A stretch of DNA of 64,000 bases from Rebecca billardiae RCC1528 (taxonomy: Eukaryota; Protista; Haptophyta): the NCBI GenBank assembly GCA_965240325.2, contig OZ251235.1:1364001-1428000 (forward strand). Direction: 5' to 3'. Made by a program: the position numbers and the translations under genes. Positions 32,941 to 45,044 of this stretch are shown piece after piece. Under the pieces are notes generated by a model that saw only the letters and a list, made by a program, of their open reading frames with translations, was not told where the DNA came from and searched no databases. Position 1 is the stretch's first letter. Each line of letters opens with the position of its first letter.

Positions 32941-34225
32941 CTATTTGCTCAGCGCGTGCATCTTCGCGACGATGGCGTCGCCCATCGCGGACGTGCTCGT
33001 CGGCGTCTCCCCCGGCATCGTGATGTCACCCGTGCGCAGGCCGTCGTCGAGCACAGCCTGGTAGGAGCGCGGCCGCAGCGGCGCGGTGCGCGGGTGCGTC
33101 AGGCCGGGCACAGGCGGGCGGAAGAGCGCGGCCGACGCCCCTCGCTGCGACCCCAGCACGCACGCACGCGCGCGCGCGCGCACGCGCGCGCACCCCGATC
33201 GCCTTCTCGACGAGCTGCGCCTGCGCCTCCATGCCAAACGAGTAGCGCAGCATGAGCGCGGCCGACAGGATCTGCGCGATCGGGTTGGCGACGCCCTTCC
33301 CTGCGATGTCGGGCGCGGAGCCGCCGCTGGGCTCGTACATGTGCACGCCGTCGCCGAGCGAGGCGGAGGGCATGAGCCCGAGCGAGCCGGGCAGCACCGA
33401 CGCAGCGTCCGAGAGGATGTCGCCGAACATGTTCTCCGTGGCAAGCACGTCAAACTGCGAGGGCGCGCGGATGATCTGCATCGCCGCGTTGTCGACCAGC
33501 ATGAACTCCATCTTGACGTCCGGGTACTTGGGCGCGATCTGGTTGGCGACCTTGCGCCACAGGCGGGAGCAGTCGAGCACGTTCGCCTTGTCCACCACCG
33601 TCACGTGCTTCCGCCGCTTCAGCGCCGCCTCGAACGCGAAGTTGAGGCAGACGGCGATCTGCGCCTCAGTGTACTCCATCACGTCGACCGCGCGGTCGCC
33701 CTCCGTCTTGTGCTCGCCGAAGTAGATGCCGCCGACGAGCTCGCGCACGACGAGGACGTCGACGCCCTTCGCGATGATGTCGGGCCTCAACGGGCTGAGG
33801 CTCGCGAGCATCGGGTACACCACGGCCGGGCGGAGATTGACGGCGAGGTTGAACGCCTTGCGCAGGCCCAGGAGCGCGTTGCGCTCGGCGTTGGCCCACT
33901 TGGGCGAGTCGGCCTCCTCGACGGGCCCGCCGATCGAGCCGAAGAGGATCGCGTCCGCCTCCGCGCACGCGCGCTTCGTGTCCGCCGGGAAGTGCTCGCC
34001 CGTCGCGTCCCACGCGGCGCCGCCGATCGGGTGCGTCGACGTCGTGAACTGCGCGCCCGAGATGGACTGCACGGCGGAGAGCACCTTCAGCGCCTCGTCC
34101 ATCACCTCGGGGCCGATCCCATCGCCCGGGAGCACGGCGATCTTCTTCGGCGCGCCGCTCGAGAGCAGCCGCCGCGCCGACGCCGATCGCGCCGATCGCG
34201 TCGCGCGCGCGGCGAACCCGAGCAT
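32941..34225 (-). CDS. leuB: 3-isopropylmalate dehydrogenase; exons 34225-33194 and 33057-32941 (~382 aa)
   Basis: [19 protein letters not shown]...[59 protein letters not shown]; 136-nt intron restores [15 protein letters not shown]. Confidence 0.97.
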
Positions 34226-34343
34226 GGCGACGTCCGAGGGACGGAAAAGGGTCGTCGGGCGACGTGGCGTTTCGCCGACGGAAAAAAGCAAAAAAATGAG
34301 CGCGCGCCGCGCACGCACGGTCGATTTCATTTGATGATGAAAT

Positions 34344-35378
34344 ATGCCCGGCACGATGGCCGGCTGCCGCTTTGCGGCACGCGCACTCTGCGCGGCGGCA
34401 CTGGTCGCGTGTGCTCCGCCCGTGGGCTCCGCGCCGACTCTCGGTGCGTGGCCACCCGAGCTGTCTCGCGCTCCACCCGGTGCCAAGCCGCCCAAAGTCG
34501 TCTCGCTCGCCTTCCACGGCCACTACTCGCGGCCGATGACCAAGCGCAAGAAGTTCAGCGGCACCCGCGGCAGCTGCTCCGACTACTTCGAGTCGGCGGC
34601 GAACATCCGCGACAACCTGTTCCAGCCGCTCCGCGCGGGCGGCGCGGTCCTGCGCGTCTTCTTCCACACGTACGCCCACCCCACGTGCAAGGAGGCCGAC
34701 GCCGCGCTCGTGCGCTCGATGCAGCCGGTCGCGCACGAGTTCAGCACGGCGCTGCTGCCGAGGATCTGCGACTCGTACCTGCGCGCGCTCGCGCTGGTGA
34801 TGGCGTGGACGCCCCCGGCGGAGTGGGCCGCCGGCGGCCCGGGCGCCGCCGCCGAGGACCACGGCGTGATGCTCGTGCGCTTCGACGTCAAGTACCTGTG
34901 GCCGCTCACGCGCGAGCGCATCGACTGGAGCGCGTTCAACGTCGCGTGGCGCGACGAGCTGAAGGAGTGGCGCAAGTGGCGCACGGCGAACGACCAGCTC
35001 TTCATCTTCCCCGCGCGCGCGCTCGGGTACGTCTCGAACGCCATCCACAAGTCCGGCCAGCGCTACAAGTCCGGCTCGGCGCACTACACGCTCAAGTACC
35101 TCGAGGAGCCGCTCGCGGTGCGGCTGGGCATGCGCTGCGTGTACCTGGCGGCGGAGTTCCACAGCTCGTGGCACCACTACGAGATGGTTGAGAAGCGGTT
35201 ACGCGACGCGAGGCTCGGGTTGTGGCACCAGCCCAACGCCACACCCGCGCCGCCCATGTGGCGCATACCCGAGCAGGACGCGCTCGAGGTGTTCCTCGCG
35301 ATCGAGCGCGCGTGCGACATCTCGGTGCGGTGCGACAAGCCGAGGCTCGCGGGCTTCAACGTGAGCCTCGCCGCGTGA
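34344..35378 (+). CDS. Secreted uncharacterised protein, probably GT-A-like fold (344 aa)
   Basis: Signal peptide; [30 protein letters not shown] pattern; strong host codon bias. Confidence 0.62.
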   Translation: MPGTMAGCRFAARALCAAALVACAPPVGSAPTLGAWPPELSRAPPGAKPPKVVSLAFHGHYSRPMTKRKKFSGTRGSCSDYFESAANIRDNLFQPLRAGGAVLRVFFHTYAHPTCKEADAALVRSMQPVAHEFSTALLPRICDSYLRALALVMAWTPPAEWAAGGPGAAAEDHGVMLVRFDVKYLWPLTRERIDWSAFNVAWRDELKEWRKWRTANDQLFIFPARALGYVSNAIHKSGQRYKSGSAHYTLKYLEEPLAVRLGMRCVYLAAEFHSSWHHYEMVEKRLRDARLGLWHQPNATPAPPMWRIPEQDALEVFLAIERACDISVRCDKPRLAGFNVSLAA

Positions 35379-35635
35379 GGGGCGGACGGACGCGCGAGGT
35401 CGACGGCTGCTTGAGAGGGGTCGCGCGGCCGGCTGCGCGCGCCCTACTGGGCCATGCCGCATGCGTCTGCGGCAGAGCAGCACGAGCCCGATGCGGCCAG
35501 TGAGCTAGGTGTCTCGGTCACTGTGGTTTGAGGTTGGGTGAGGGTGGTGGTTGGTTGGGGGCTGGCCAGGGTAGGGCTGGAGGCTTCGTCGGCCGCCAGC
35601 CTGATCACCCGGAGCCCGTTATAAAGGGGAATTTT

Positions 35636-35890
35636 AAAAAAGCTCCTGTGGGCCGAAGCTTCGGCCAGGAGACTAGGAGAGCGCTAACTGACAACTGACA
35701 CTGTATCAGTTTTGGGACGAACTCCCCGATATGTACCACACCCTCAGAGGTGTATGGCCCCTTCGGTAAGACCCATAGCCAGTACCTGACACTTAAAGTT
35801 CGCTCGCCGAGCCGCACTGCCTCGCCCTAGGGGCGAGAACGGAAAACCCTCATCAAGTAATCGTTCCACATAATACTAGGGGTTATAAGA
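35636..35890 (-). ncRNA. Candidate structured Pol III-type ncRNA of unknown class
   Basis: Several hairpins with G-U pairs that work only on the minus strand, a possible pseudoknot, and a terminal hairpin followed by T6 (35641-35636). The 5' end is uncertain. Confidence 0.4.
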
Positions 35891-36269
35891 CGTTAAAAAT
35901 TGCTCCATCCGCGCGCGGAATGTCCAATGGAGTCACGACGGCTCACTCACTAGTCACTGCCGACTTGACAATCACCAGTCTGCAGGACTTTGACACCTGC
36001 GCGGCGCCGCGGCCGCTGCGCCGCCGCCGGACACCGCCTTCTGGAGTCAGTGGAGTAGTCTCACTCAGTAGCTTAGTCTGGACTTAGATTTAGAATGAGT
36101 CAGTCCTCCAGTCCGGTTGGGTTGGGCTCGCGACTTGTTTTTGCCCGGATTTCCCAGGCGCCGCGACGCGCGCGGCGCGCCGGTCGCACTGCCTCGGCTG
36201 AGCCAGCCAACTTCTCGCCGCCAGGCAATGGCGGCACCGCGTCGTCGATAACCACCCGTGGGAGGGTGG

Positions 36270-36785
36270 ATGCGCGTCAGACGGACGCTCGGGTCGCTGC
36301 TACTGGTCGGCGTCACGCTCCACTGCGTCCTGGCCTTCGTTGTCTTCAACGTCTGGATCCTGCACCCGCACGCGCGCCGCGAGCCGAGGAGGGCAGCTGC
36401 CAAATCGGCGCGCGGGGCACCCACGCAGCCTGCTGCCAGCGAGCGCCAGCGTGCCGGCGGCGCCACGCGCGACGAGGTGCGGAGACGAGGCGGCCATGCG
36501 CCAGCCGGGCCGTTTCTGCCCCTCGGCATCGACGAGCTCGACACGGCGGACGGCAGGAGCCGTAGCCCGACCGCGACGCGCGACGCGCCCCCAGAGGATG
36601 CGGCCGCGGATGGCGAGGCCGGCGTGGACGAGGAGCTGCTAGCGGTGCCGCCGGGCGATGGGGATGATGGCGACTTGGATGACGCCGAGCTCGTCGCCCC
36701 AAGCTCGGATGCCTCTGAGGAGGAGGACGACGAGGAGGAGGACGAGCACGATGCTGCGGCAGACAGCAGCGCTCGGGGGGACGAC

Positions 36786-36825
<40 letters not shown>

Positions 36826-38550
36826 GCAGCGGCGGCGGCAGTGGCGGTGGCGGCAAGGGCGCGAAGAAGAAGCAGTCGGGGGGGCGGAAGAAGGGCTCGT
36901 CGAGCAAGTCCAAGGGCGGCTCGAGCCCGCCCGAGCCCGCGCAGCGCGTGCCGCCGCCGCCCGGCACGTGCGCGGGCCGCCACCAGCGGTACCGCATCGC
37001 CATCATTGTCGCGTGGCTCGGCGACGCGCCGCCGTGGTTCTCGCATTTCGCGGCGAGTGCCGCGCGCTCGGCGTACCTGGTGGACTGGCTGCTGTTCCAC
37101 GAGGGCGCGGTTGAGCCGTCGCGCACGCCGCTGCCCGAGAACGTGATCTCCATCGACCTCGGCGAGGGCGGGCTCGCGAGCAAGGTCGGGCACGGGCTTG
37201 GCCGCGGCCTCTCGCTGCAGTCGGTGTCGGTGCGCAAGCTCACGACGATGCTCCGCGAGTTATTCAAAGAGCACCAGCGGCTGATCGCGGAGTACAAGCC
37301 GGCGTTCGGCAGCATCTTCGGGCAGTGGCTCAAGCCGTACTCGCACTGGGGCTTCTCCGACGTCGACGTGCTGTGGGGCGACGTGCCGCACTTTGTGGAG
37401 GAGGCGTCCGAGCTGGCGGGCGCCGACGTCTTCTCGTGGTCGTTTGGCGACCAGAAGGCGATCTATCTGCGCGGGCAGTGGACGGTGCACGCGAACCGGG
37501 AGGACATCTCGCGCGCGTGGACGCGGTGCACGCACCTCGGCTCCGGGCTGATGAAGGAGGTGCAGACCAAGCTCGCCTGGGAGCAGAAGCGGCGCAAGCT
37601 GATCGCGAGCGGCCAGTCGAAGCTGCCCGCGCGCCGGTTCATCTCGGCGGAGGGGTGTTACACCAAGGCCATCACCGCACTGCCCGGGCTGCGGCTGGCG
37701 ATCACGCCGAAGCAGTCGATCGGCGACGACGCGCGCAAGCCGTACGTCGCGGCGCTCGGCGGGCGCGTGTGGAGCTGCGACCGCCAGCTCGCCGGCGGCG
37801 CCGCCGCCGCCCCCGCCGGCACGGCCGAGCGCGCGGGCCAGCTCAGCGGCCTGTTTGCCGCGCCGCCCAGCTGCGCGCAGCTGCTCGCGCCTACGCACCG
37901 CTCGACAGGGCAGCCTGAGAAGCTGCAGGTGGGCTCGAAGGGGTGCAGCAATTGGTGCGCGGCGCAGCGCGGCGCGGGGCGGGGCGCGCCCGCGCCCACG
38001 AGCCCAGCCCCGCCTGCCGGCACGCCGCCCCACATACACACGCACACCCCGCGCCCCGCCCCGCCACGGACTTGTTTCCGCTACAGGATTCACCAGGACT
38101 ACCGCGTGTGCGCGAGCGGCCTGCGCGAGCCCAATGCAACGCGCGTGCTGTACGTGAACGGCTCGTACTACGCGCAGCGCGTGGAGTGGCTGCGCCCGCC
38201 GACGGCCGCGTCCGACGCTCAGGACGCGCCGCTGTGCAGGGAAGTTGCCTTCTTCCACTTCCAGGCATGCGCTGCCGCCGCTGCGCCGCCGCTGTCGGCG
38301 CGCGCGCGCCGACGAGCGCCGCTCACGCGCCGCCACGTCCCGCGCCCGCGCCGCCCGCCCGCGCCGCTGCCGGGCGCAGGAGTGGAAGAAGACCTGGAAG
38401 CGCGGGGTCTGGCAGGCGACCGAGCCCGTGGCGGACCCCGCGGCTGATGGCGCCGGCGCCGGTGCCGAGAGGCACGTGCTCGACCCTGGAAGAGGGCTGC
38501 TGCTGAGCAAGACGAGCGTCGAGCCGTTGGCGCTGCCCGCCGCGCAATAA
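36270..38550 (+). CDS. Type II membrane DUF6625-like putative glycosyltransferase; exons 36270-37954, 38087-38264, 38380-38550 (~677 aa)
   Basis: TM anchor; IAIIVAWLGDAPPWFSHFAASA...DWLLF, YKPAFGSIF...YSHWGFSDVDVLWGD, FFHFQ/EWKK; one GT-AG and one GC-AG intron. Confidence 0.75.
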
Positions 38551-39167
38551 CCGGCACCGCCGCGGCTGGCAGCAATCGGGATTCACCTGAGACACTGCTG
38601 ACTGACGGCACACTAGTCGTAGTGTTTCAGTGCGCAGACAATAGACATGACGACGAGCAGCAGAATAATTATAATAAAGATATGTAACTATAAAGTTAGA
38701 CTAGCTTGACGAACAATCTCTCTCTCCGTCACTGACACTCTCTCTCTCTCTCTCTACTCTCTATTGAAGTCTCAAGCCTTCCCGCGCGAGTAATCCGCGC
38801 CGCGGCCGCGTTTGCATCATAATCTGATATCGCGTCAGAGACAGAGTGAGAGTCGCGCGTCGTCAGTCACATTTCCATGACATATTATTATTACTATATA
38901 TATATTAATTATTAGTATTGGTATTATTATAATGATTATTATTAAATAATCATAATTATAATTATACTAATAATATTACAATACGGTCAGCATCATCATT
39001 TTAAAATAATATTATTCACGGTCGTAACTGCTGATTTTATTAGAATAAGTCAGTCAGAGCGCAGCGATATCGCTGCATCCGTATATATATTAACGACGTG
39101 GTATGCAACGGGCAGGCGTATATATATTAACGACGTGGTATGCAACGGGCAGGCGTATATATATGTG

Positions 39168-41134
39168 TAAACTTTTCTGAGGATAGCGCACCAGCAAAAT
39201 CCCTTGACCGCCATCCGGATTTTACGGAGGCCGCGTTTGGACGCAGAAACGCGCGATGGCGAGGCCCGCCCTCGCACCACCGCTCTCGCGAGATCGCGAC
39301 CGTGCGACCTGCGGCGTTGCGCTCGACGCGCTCTTTCTGCTCGGAGGCCGCGAGGACTCCCAGGTGCGCCAGCTCGCGAGCGCGCACCTTCCTCCTCGCC
39401 GCGCTCGCCGAGCACGAGCCGATCTGCAGCAGATGTGCAAGGAGCCGCATGTGGCCTTCCTCGCGCGCGCGGCACGGCTGCACACGAAAATCGTTAGAGG
39501 GCACTTCTCCGCGCATTCTACATTTTGGGGAAAGAACGCCTGAACTGCACAAAAAGTGCCCTCTAACGCTTCCGCTCCTCGCCGTTGCGTGCACGCGCAA
39601 AGGAGCACTGCAAAGGGTGCGACTGGGAGCATTCCTTCTCCCGGGCGGCCACCACGGCCTCGGAGGTGGTGAGGAACGCGTCGGCGACCACGGCGTGGAC
39701 CACCTCCGTCGCGCCGGACACTCCGGTCGCCCCTCGCCGGACTCCATCCTCGCTGCGCGCTGACCGTTTGCCGAGCGGGCTGCCCCGCCGCCTGCCCGGC
39801 GTGTGCCCGCGTGGTGACACAAGATGGTCGAAGGCGTGGCAGCGCGGTGGTGCGTGCGATCGGGGGACCCCACCTGAGCTACGACACGGGCGCGCGCGCT
39901 CATCCGTGCTCATCACGGTGGTGCACGCGCGCGTCGCGCGCTGACGCTCGTCGGCTGTCGCGCGCTGACGGCTGGGCTGCTTTGGGGTGTCGGCGGCGGC
40001 CACAGCTCGCTGGTACGGGCGCGATGGTGGCTGCGAGTGGTACGCGGCGTTGCACCAGGTCCGTGTGCGTCACGCACGACGCTCGGCCGGCTCGCCCTCG
40101 GACCATTGGCTGAGCCCTACTCGCCGCGCGCACTGCGCGCGGCAGCCGCTCCGCAGCTGCTCCGGGCACGAAGCGCGCCCCGCGCGCTGCACGTGGGCGC
40201 GACGAGGTGGTGCAGCGAGCATGCGCGAGAGTGTGCGCGTGATGGGCACCACAATGACGATACTTGCCATGCACATCTGCCTCTCGCCACGCCTTCGTCA
40301 CGATAGCTGCGACTGCTGCCCGGAGGTGCGCTCGAGCGCTCGCGCGCGTTTGAATCTGGGCTCGGCGGCGATCGCGTGGACGAGGGGCAGCGCGGTGCAC
40401 GGTGGCGGAGCGCGTGCGGAGCGCAGCCTACACCTCCTACACGCTCCATCCAGACACATCGCGCATGCTCGCGCGGCCTCCTCGGTCCATCACGTGCGCG
40501 TGCGCGCGCGAGCAGGTGTGCATTCGCCGGGCGCGTTCACGGCGCGCCGCGTTGGCGCGCGCGCACCGATACCCGTGCGCAGCTCGACGAGCGAGCGCGG
40601 TGTGTTTCGATGCGTATGGGGAGGCTCGAATTTACGCGCGCGCACGCGCCGGCCCTCGCCGCCCCTTCGCTCGCCCACGCCTCATCTGCGCGCTCGGCGT
40701 TTGCAGGCAGCTGCGCATTCTTTCCGACACGTGCGCAAACGAGCAGATGGCGCTGGGCGAGGTCGATTGGTGCGTCAGATATTCGGCAACGACCAGGCCC
40801 GCTTGTGTGCCGCCGCTCGTGCTACTCTCGACGACCACCTCTGGCTCGGTCGCGCGCACGAGGCTGCTCGCGGCCGAATCGTGCCGTGTACCGTCAAGCT
40901 GTACCGTGCGCAGCGAGGCGCACTCAGACGTCGGCATGGGCTCGCATGCGAGGGCCCGGCAGTGCGACGCGTCGATGGAGCATGCTCCGGATACGCTTCG
41001 GCGCACTTCCCGACGCGCACGAGCCGCTCGAAGGCGCGGAAGGGCGCCCAAACGGGGCAACCGCCATTTTGCGCCACTTCGGCCCGGATGGCGGTCAAGG
41101 GAAATTGCTGGTGCGCTATCCTCAGAAAAGTTTA
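39168..41134. mobile_element. Inner non-autonomous TIR element (51-bp TIR, 49/51 match)
   Basis: taaacttttctgaggatagcgcaccagcaaaatcccttgaccgccatccgg at 39168-39218, inverted at 41084-41134; no transposase recognised. Confidence 0.8.
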
Positions 41135-41264
41135 ATCATATATAGCGTTGGCGGCGGCATGGTCCTCGTCGTCTCGGCCCCCGCGCGGCTCTCGTCAGCC
41201 TCTGGCGGGGAGCCCGTGGGGGCCACGCGTCGCTGCCGCAGGCCGCTGTGATACCGACAAGGAT

Positions 41265-41933
41265 GACGACGCGCATGCGCGCCCGCGCGGGCTCGAGTGC
41301 GCCTTCCCCTCCTGCAAGGACGGCGAGATGCTGGCACTCTCACACAAACTCTTGCTCATCTCGTCGCTCGTGCAGGCGGTGTTGGCGGATGCGGGCACGC
41401 GGCAGACGCGCGGTGCTGACGATGGCGACGATCACTACTACGACGACGACGTGCATGTGCGCCCGCGCGGGCTCGCGTGCGCCTTCCCCTCCTGCAAGGA
41501 CGGCGAGATGCTGGCACTCTCACACAAACTCTTGCTCATCTCGTCGCTCGTGCGGGCGGTGTTGGCGGATGCGGGCACGCGGCAGACGCGCGGTGCTGAC
41601 GATGGCGACGATCACTACTACGACGACGACGTGCATGCGCGCCCGCGCGGGCTCGCGTGCGCCTTCCCCTCCTGCAGGGACGGCGAGATGCTGGCACTCT
41701 CACACAAACTCTTGCTCATCTCGTCGCTCGTGCGGGCGGTGTTGGCGGATGCGGGCACGCGGCAGACGCGCGGTGCTGACGATGGCGACGATCACTACTA
41801 CGACGACGACGTGCATGCGCGCCCGCGCGGGCTCGCGTGCGCCTTCCCCTCCTGCAGGGACGGCGAGATGCTGGCACTCTCACACAAACCCTTGCTCATC
41901 TCGTCGCTCGGGCGGGCGGTGTTGGCGGATGCG
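41265..41933 (+). repeat. 180-bp tandem array (~3.7 copies), open in frame as 60-aa repeats
   Basis: Lines at 41281, 41461, 41641 and 41821 are near-identical; ORF 41148-42392 repeats RPRGLACAFPSCKDGEMLALSHKLLLISSLVRAVLADAG. Confidence 0.95.
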
Positions 41934-43756
41934 AGCGCGCCTGAGCCGGTGACACGCGTTGCTGACGACGACGCTTTCTACATTTCCCTGCAGCAGCCCG
42001 CCGGCGGGCCGGGCTGCGACGTCGACTACACCCTCATCCGCTTCATCGACCTGAGCGCGCTAGGCGGCGCGCTCACTCTCCAAGCCCCTCTTCTGCAGCT
42101 GCGCGCCGCTAGGCCGGTACGCGGCGACGTGTACTACGACCTCATCTTCATCCAGGCGCCCACGCGGGCGCCCGGGGGCGACAGCCGCGGCTGTCGCTTC
42201 CCGCAGCTGCACGCCGCTAGGTCGGCAGGCGGCGACATCGACTACGACCTCAGCCTCATCCAAGTGCTTCACCGGAAGGCGCTCGGCCGCGGCGGCATCT
42301 GCCGTCGCCGCCGCGTGCCCCAGGCCGAGGCGGTGCTCCATCCCGCCCCCGCTCCCGTAGGGGGGCAGGGCTGCGGGTGGCGCACTGCCTGACCTGGTCG
42401 GAAGGCGCGGACGCATTCTATATGTGTCTGCTGCACTCTGAGCCTGACGCTTGCCCGTTGCATACCACGTCGTTAAATATATATATATGGGTTGGCGCTG
42501 CGCGTCAACTTGGGCTGGAAACCTGTTTCTGAAACGCATGATGGCACGCCGGGCCGGTAGCCCGAGCTCGGAATTCCGACGCTGCCAACGGCGCCACAGG
42601 GGCGCAGCGGCGGGGCTGACGACGCGCGCGCGTGTGCACGTCTGACCACGGAGTGCGCGCTGCAATGACTGGCCCGTCCGCAGCACCACGCCCCGCGCTG
42701 TGAGTGAGAGTGTGGCCCGCGCCCAAGCGAGAACGCGGGCCGGGCGGCACTCCGCCGACCTCGCCGGCCGCCGACCAGCCCGCGGCCGCCTGCTGCAGCT
42801 CGTGGAACACGCAGTCGCGCGCTCGCGCGTGGAGGGCGGACCTGCGCGTATGCGCCCGCCGGGCTTGCCGCTTCATCCGCTGGCACCGCAGTGCAGGTCG
42901 AGCCGTCCGCCGCCCACCGAGCCGGCGCCACGCCTCGCGCTCGTGCTCGAGCTGAGGCGGCGGCGTGTCGCCCGAGCCGGCGGGGTCGCGCGCGTGCGCG
43001 TGGTGGGCAGCCTCGCGCGTGCGCCCGCCGCGCGCCCCGCGTCTCTCGCTTGGCGCCGCACGCGAGCCGCTCGTCGCGCGACCGAACGAGACGTCAATCG
43101 CAAGGGCGACCCTTGGAATGGCGTGGGCTCTCCGCCTTGTCGTCCTTCACGGGACGTCGTCGATGCAAGGGCCGTGTCGATGCGAGGCGCGGTTGCTCCG
43201 ATAACCCCCTTGCTCCGATGCTCGTAGTCCAATGCAAGATGATACCCGCGTGCCAATATCAGCGCGCCCCTCTGCTCGTGAAATGTCTAGCGAGAAAGTG
43301 ACGGATCGTGTGAATGTGAAGTGTGAACTCGCGACACGACGAATGGGCCGATGCGATTCGCGCGAATGTGAGTACGCAAAACGCCGAACGACGAGCGGCT
43401 TTTGACCGAACGACGAGCGGCTTTTGTCCTATCGAGCGCGTAAGCGGGTACGCGAATTCCGCTTATGTGACCCGGCGACAAACAGACCCGGTGGTGAGCC
43501 GGGCGTCAAATAAAGGCCCGCGACGGGCTGGTCCCCAGCGTGAAGTCGTGCCTTTGTTCTCGTGGGTTTCCAGAATATTGCGCACTATATATATAGCTAC
43601 TATGTGACTACGCGACGCTGCTCTTAGCTCTATGTCTATGACGTCGCGTCAGCCGACTGACGCCGCCGGGCGCTGCATCATGCGCCAGCCCGGCCCCCGC
43701 CGCGCCTAGTTCGCAAATTATTCGGCGGCTGCGCCGCCCCGGGTCTGCAGGGCTCA

Positions 43757-45044
43757 CTATGCTGGTGGCGGTGGGTTCGGCACATGACTTTCTCCCTGGA
43801 GGAGGCCAGGCAGGACGGCAACGACGGCGGTGATGTCGTCGCGATAGTCACCCTCTTCGATCTGCCACAGATCGGCTGCCTGCTCAATCAGCCTGCACAG
43901 TGCGGGGTGGGTGGATGGGCACGATGGTCGGCGGGCGCGGCAGCATCCGGCGCGGTGATGGACGCTCGGCGCAGTGCTCCGCGCCCGCGCGCGCTCGAGG
44001 CCCCCCCGCGCCCCCCGCGCGCGCGCACTTCTTGCACGCGTACGTCGCGCCCTTGTGCATGTGCGAGGCGACAATGTGCACGGCCTCGTCCGAGCTGAGG
44101 AACTCCCACACGCCGTCCGACGCGAGGATCAGGAACTCGTCGTCGGCGGTGATCTTTGTGCGCGTGACGTCCGGGTCGGCGACGATGCCGATCGGCGAGA
44201 CGATGTGGTCGCCGATCGAGCGCGACATCGCGAGGCCGGGGTACGTCATCTCCGCGTCGATGTAGACGCGCGCCGGGCAGCCGTCCGCCTCGGCGGGCGC
44301 GACATAGCCGCCGCGCGCGAGAATGCGCTTGTGCTCCGCGGGCGAGTCGGCCTTGTGGTCGGTGGTGAGCTCGAGGGCTCGGAGTGCCTTGCCCCCCGGG
44401 CTGCGCCTCGCCAGCACCGCGCGCGAGTCGCCGGCGTTGCCCGCGATCAGCTCGTTGCCGTGCACGATCACGACGACCGCGGTCGTGCCCGCAAAGTCGG
44501 AGTCGACCGAGCGCGACGAGTGCATCAGCGCGTCGGCGCGGGTGAAGGCGTGCTTGAGCGCGCGGTGGGGCTCGTCGAAGAGCGACGGGTCGTCCTCGAG
44601 GATCGAGAGGATCACCTGCGACGCGAAGCCCGAGCAGTACTCGCCGCCCGAGCCGTGGCCGTCGAAGACGCCAAACACGGCCGCGTCGCTCTGGCCCGCA
44701 AACGGGAAGCTCATGATGCCGCGGTCCTGGTTGATCTTACCGTTGGGCATGCCGGGGTGGCGGCCGGGCTCGATGCCGTGGCACGAGTACGTGCCGCACA
44801 GCTCGAGCGGGAAGAGGAGGTCGCGGCCGTCGACGATCTTGCCCATCTCGGGCGAGTGGTGGCGCGAGCGCACGCGCGTCTTGGTCGGACTGGCGCTTTT
44901 GCTGTCGATGTCCTTGATGAGCTCGGCGGGGTCGAGGTCAGTGAGGGTCAGTCGGCGACGTCGGAAGCTGTCGCTTTCAGACCCCTTCTTCTGCGCCGTT
45001 GGCGGCGCCGTTGGCGACGACGCGGCGTCGATGAGTGTGACCAT
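43757..45044 (-). CDS. PP2C/PPM protein phosphatase; exons 45044-44029 and 43892-43757 (~383 aa)
   Basis: NQDR, FGVFDGHG, GTTA, NAGDSRAVL, DHK, GLAMSRSIGD, LILASDGVWE, and after splicing WQIEEGDYRDDITAVV. Confidence 0.95.

Larger units (their letters stand above)
39090..42476. mobile_element. Outer non-autonomous TIR element (30-bp TIR, 29/30 match) in (TA)n context
   Basis: TTAACGACGTGGTATGCAACGGGCAGGCGT at 39090-39119 (tandemly duplicated, 37-bp unit) and its reverse complement at 42447-42476. Confidence 0.72.

Noticed and set aside
35715-35890. RNase MRP reading of the plus strand (GAACTCCCC with GGGGTTAT)
   Set aside because: The P4 pairing does not fit the consensus and wobble pairs favour the minus strand.
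39220-41080. Transposase inside the inner TIR element
   Set aside because: No DDE, HUH, recombinase or RT motifs recognised in any listed frame.
41265-41933. CRISPR-like array
   Set aside because: Units are contiguous 180-bp repeats with no unique spacers and no cas genes; the 37-bp duplication at 39080 and the 22-bp one at ~43384 also lack spacers.
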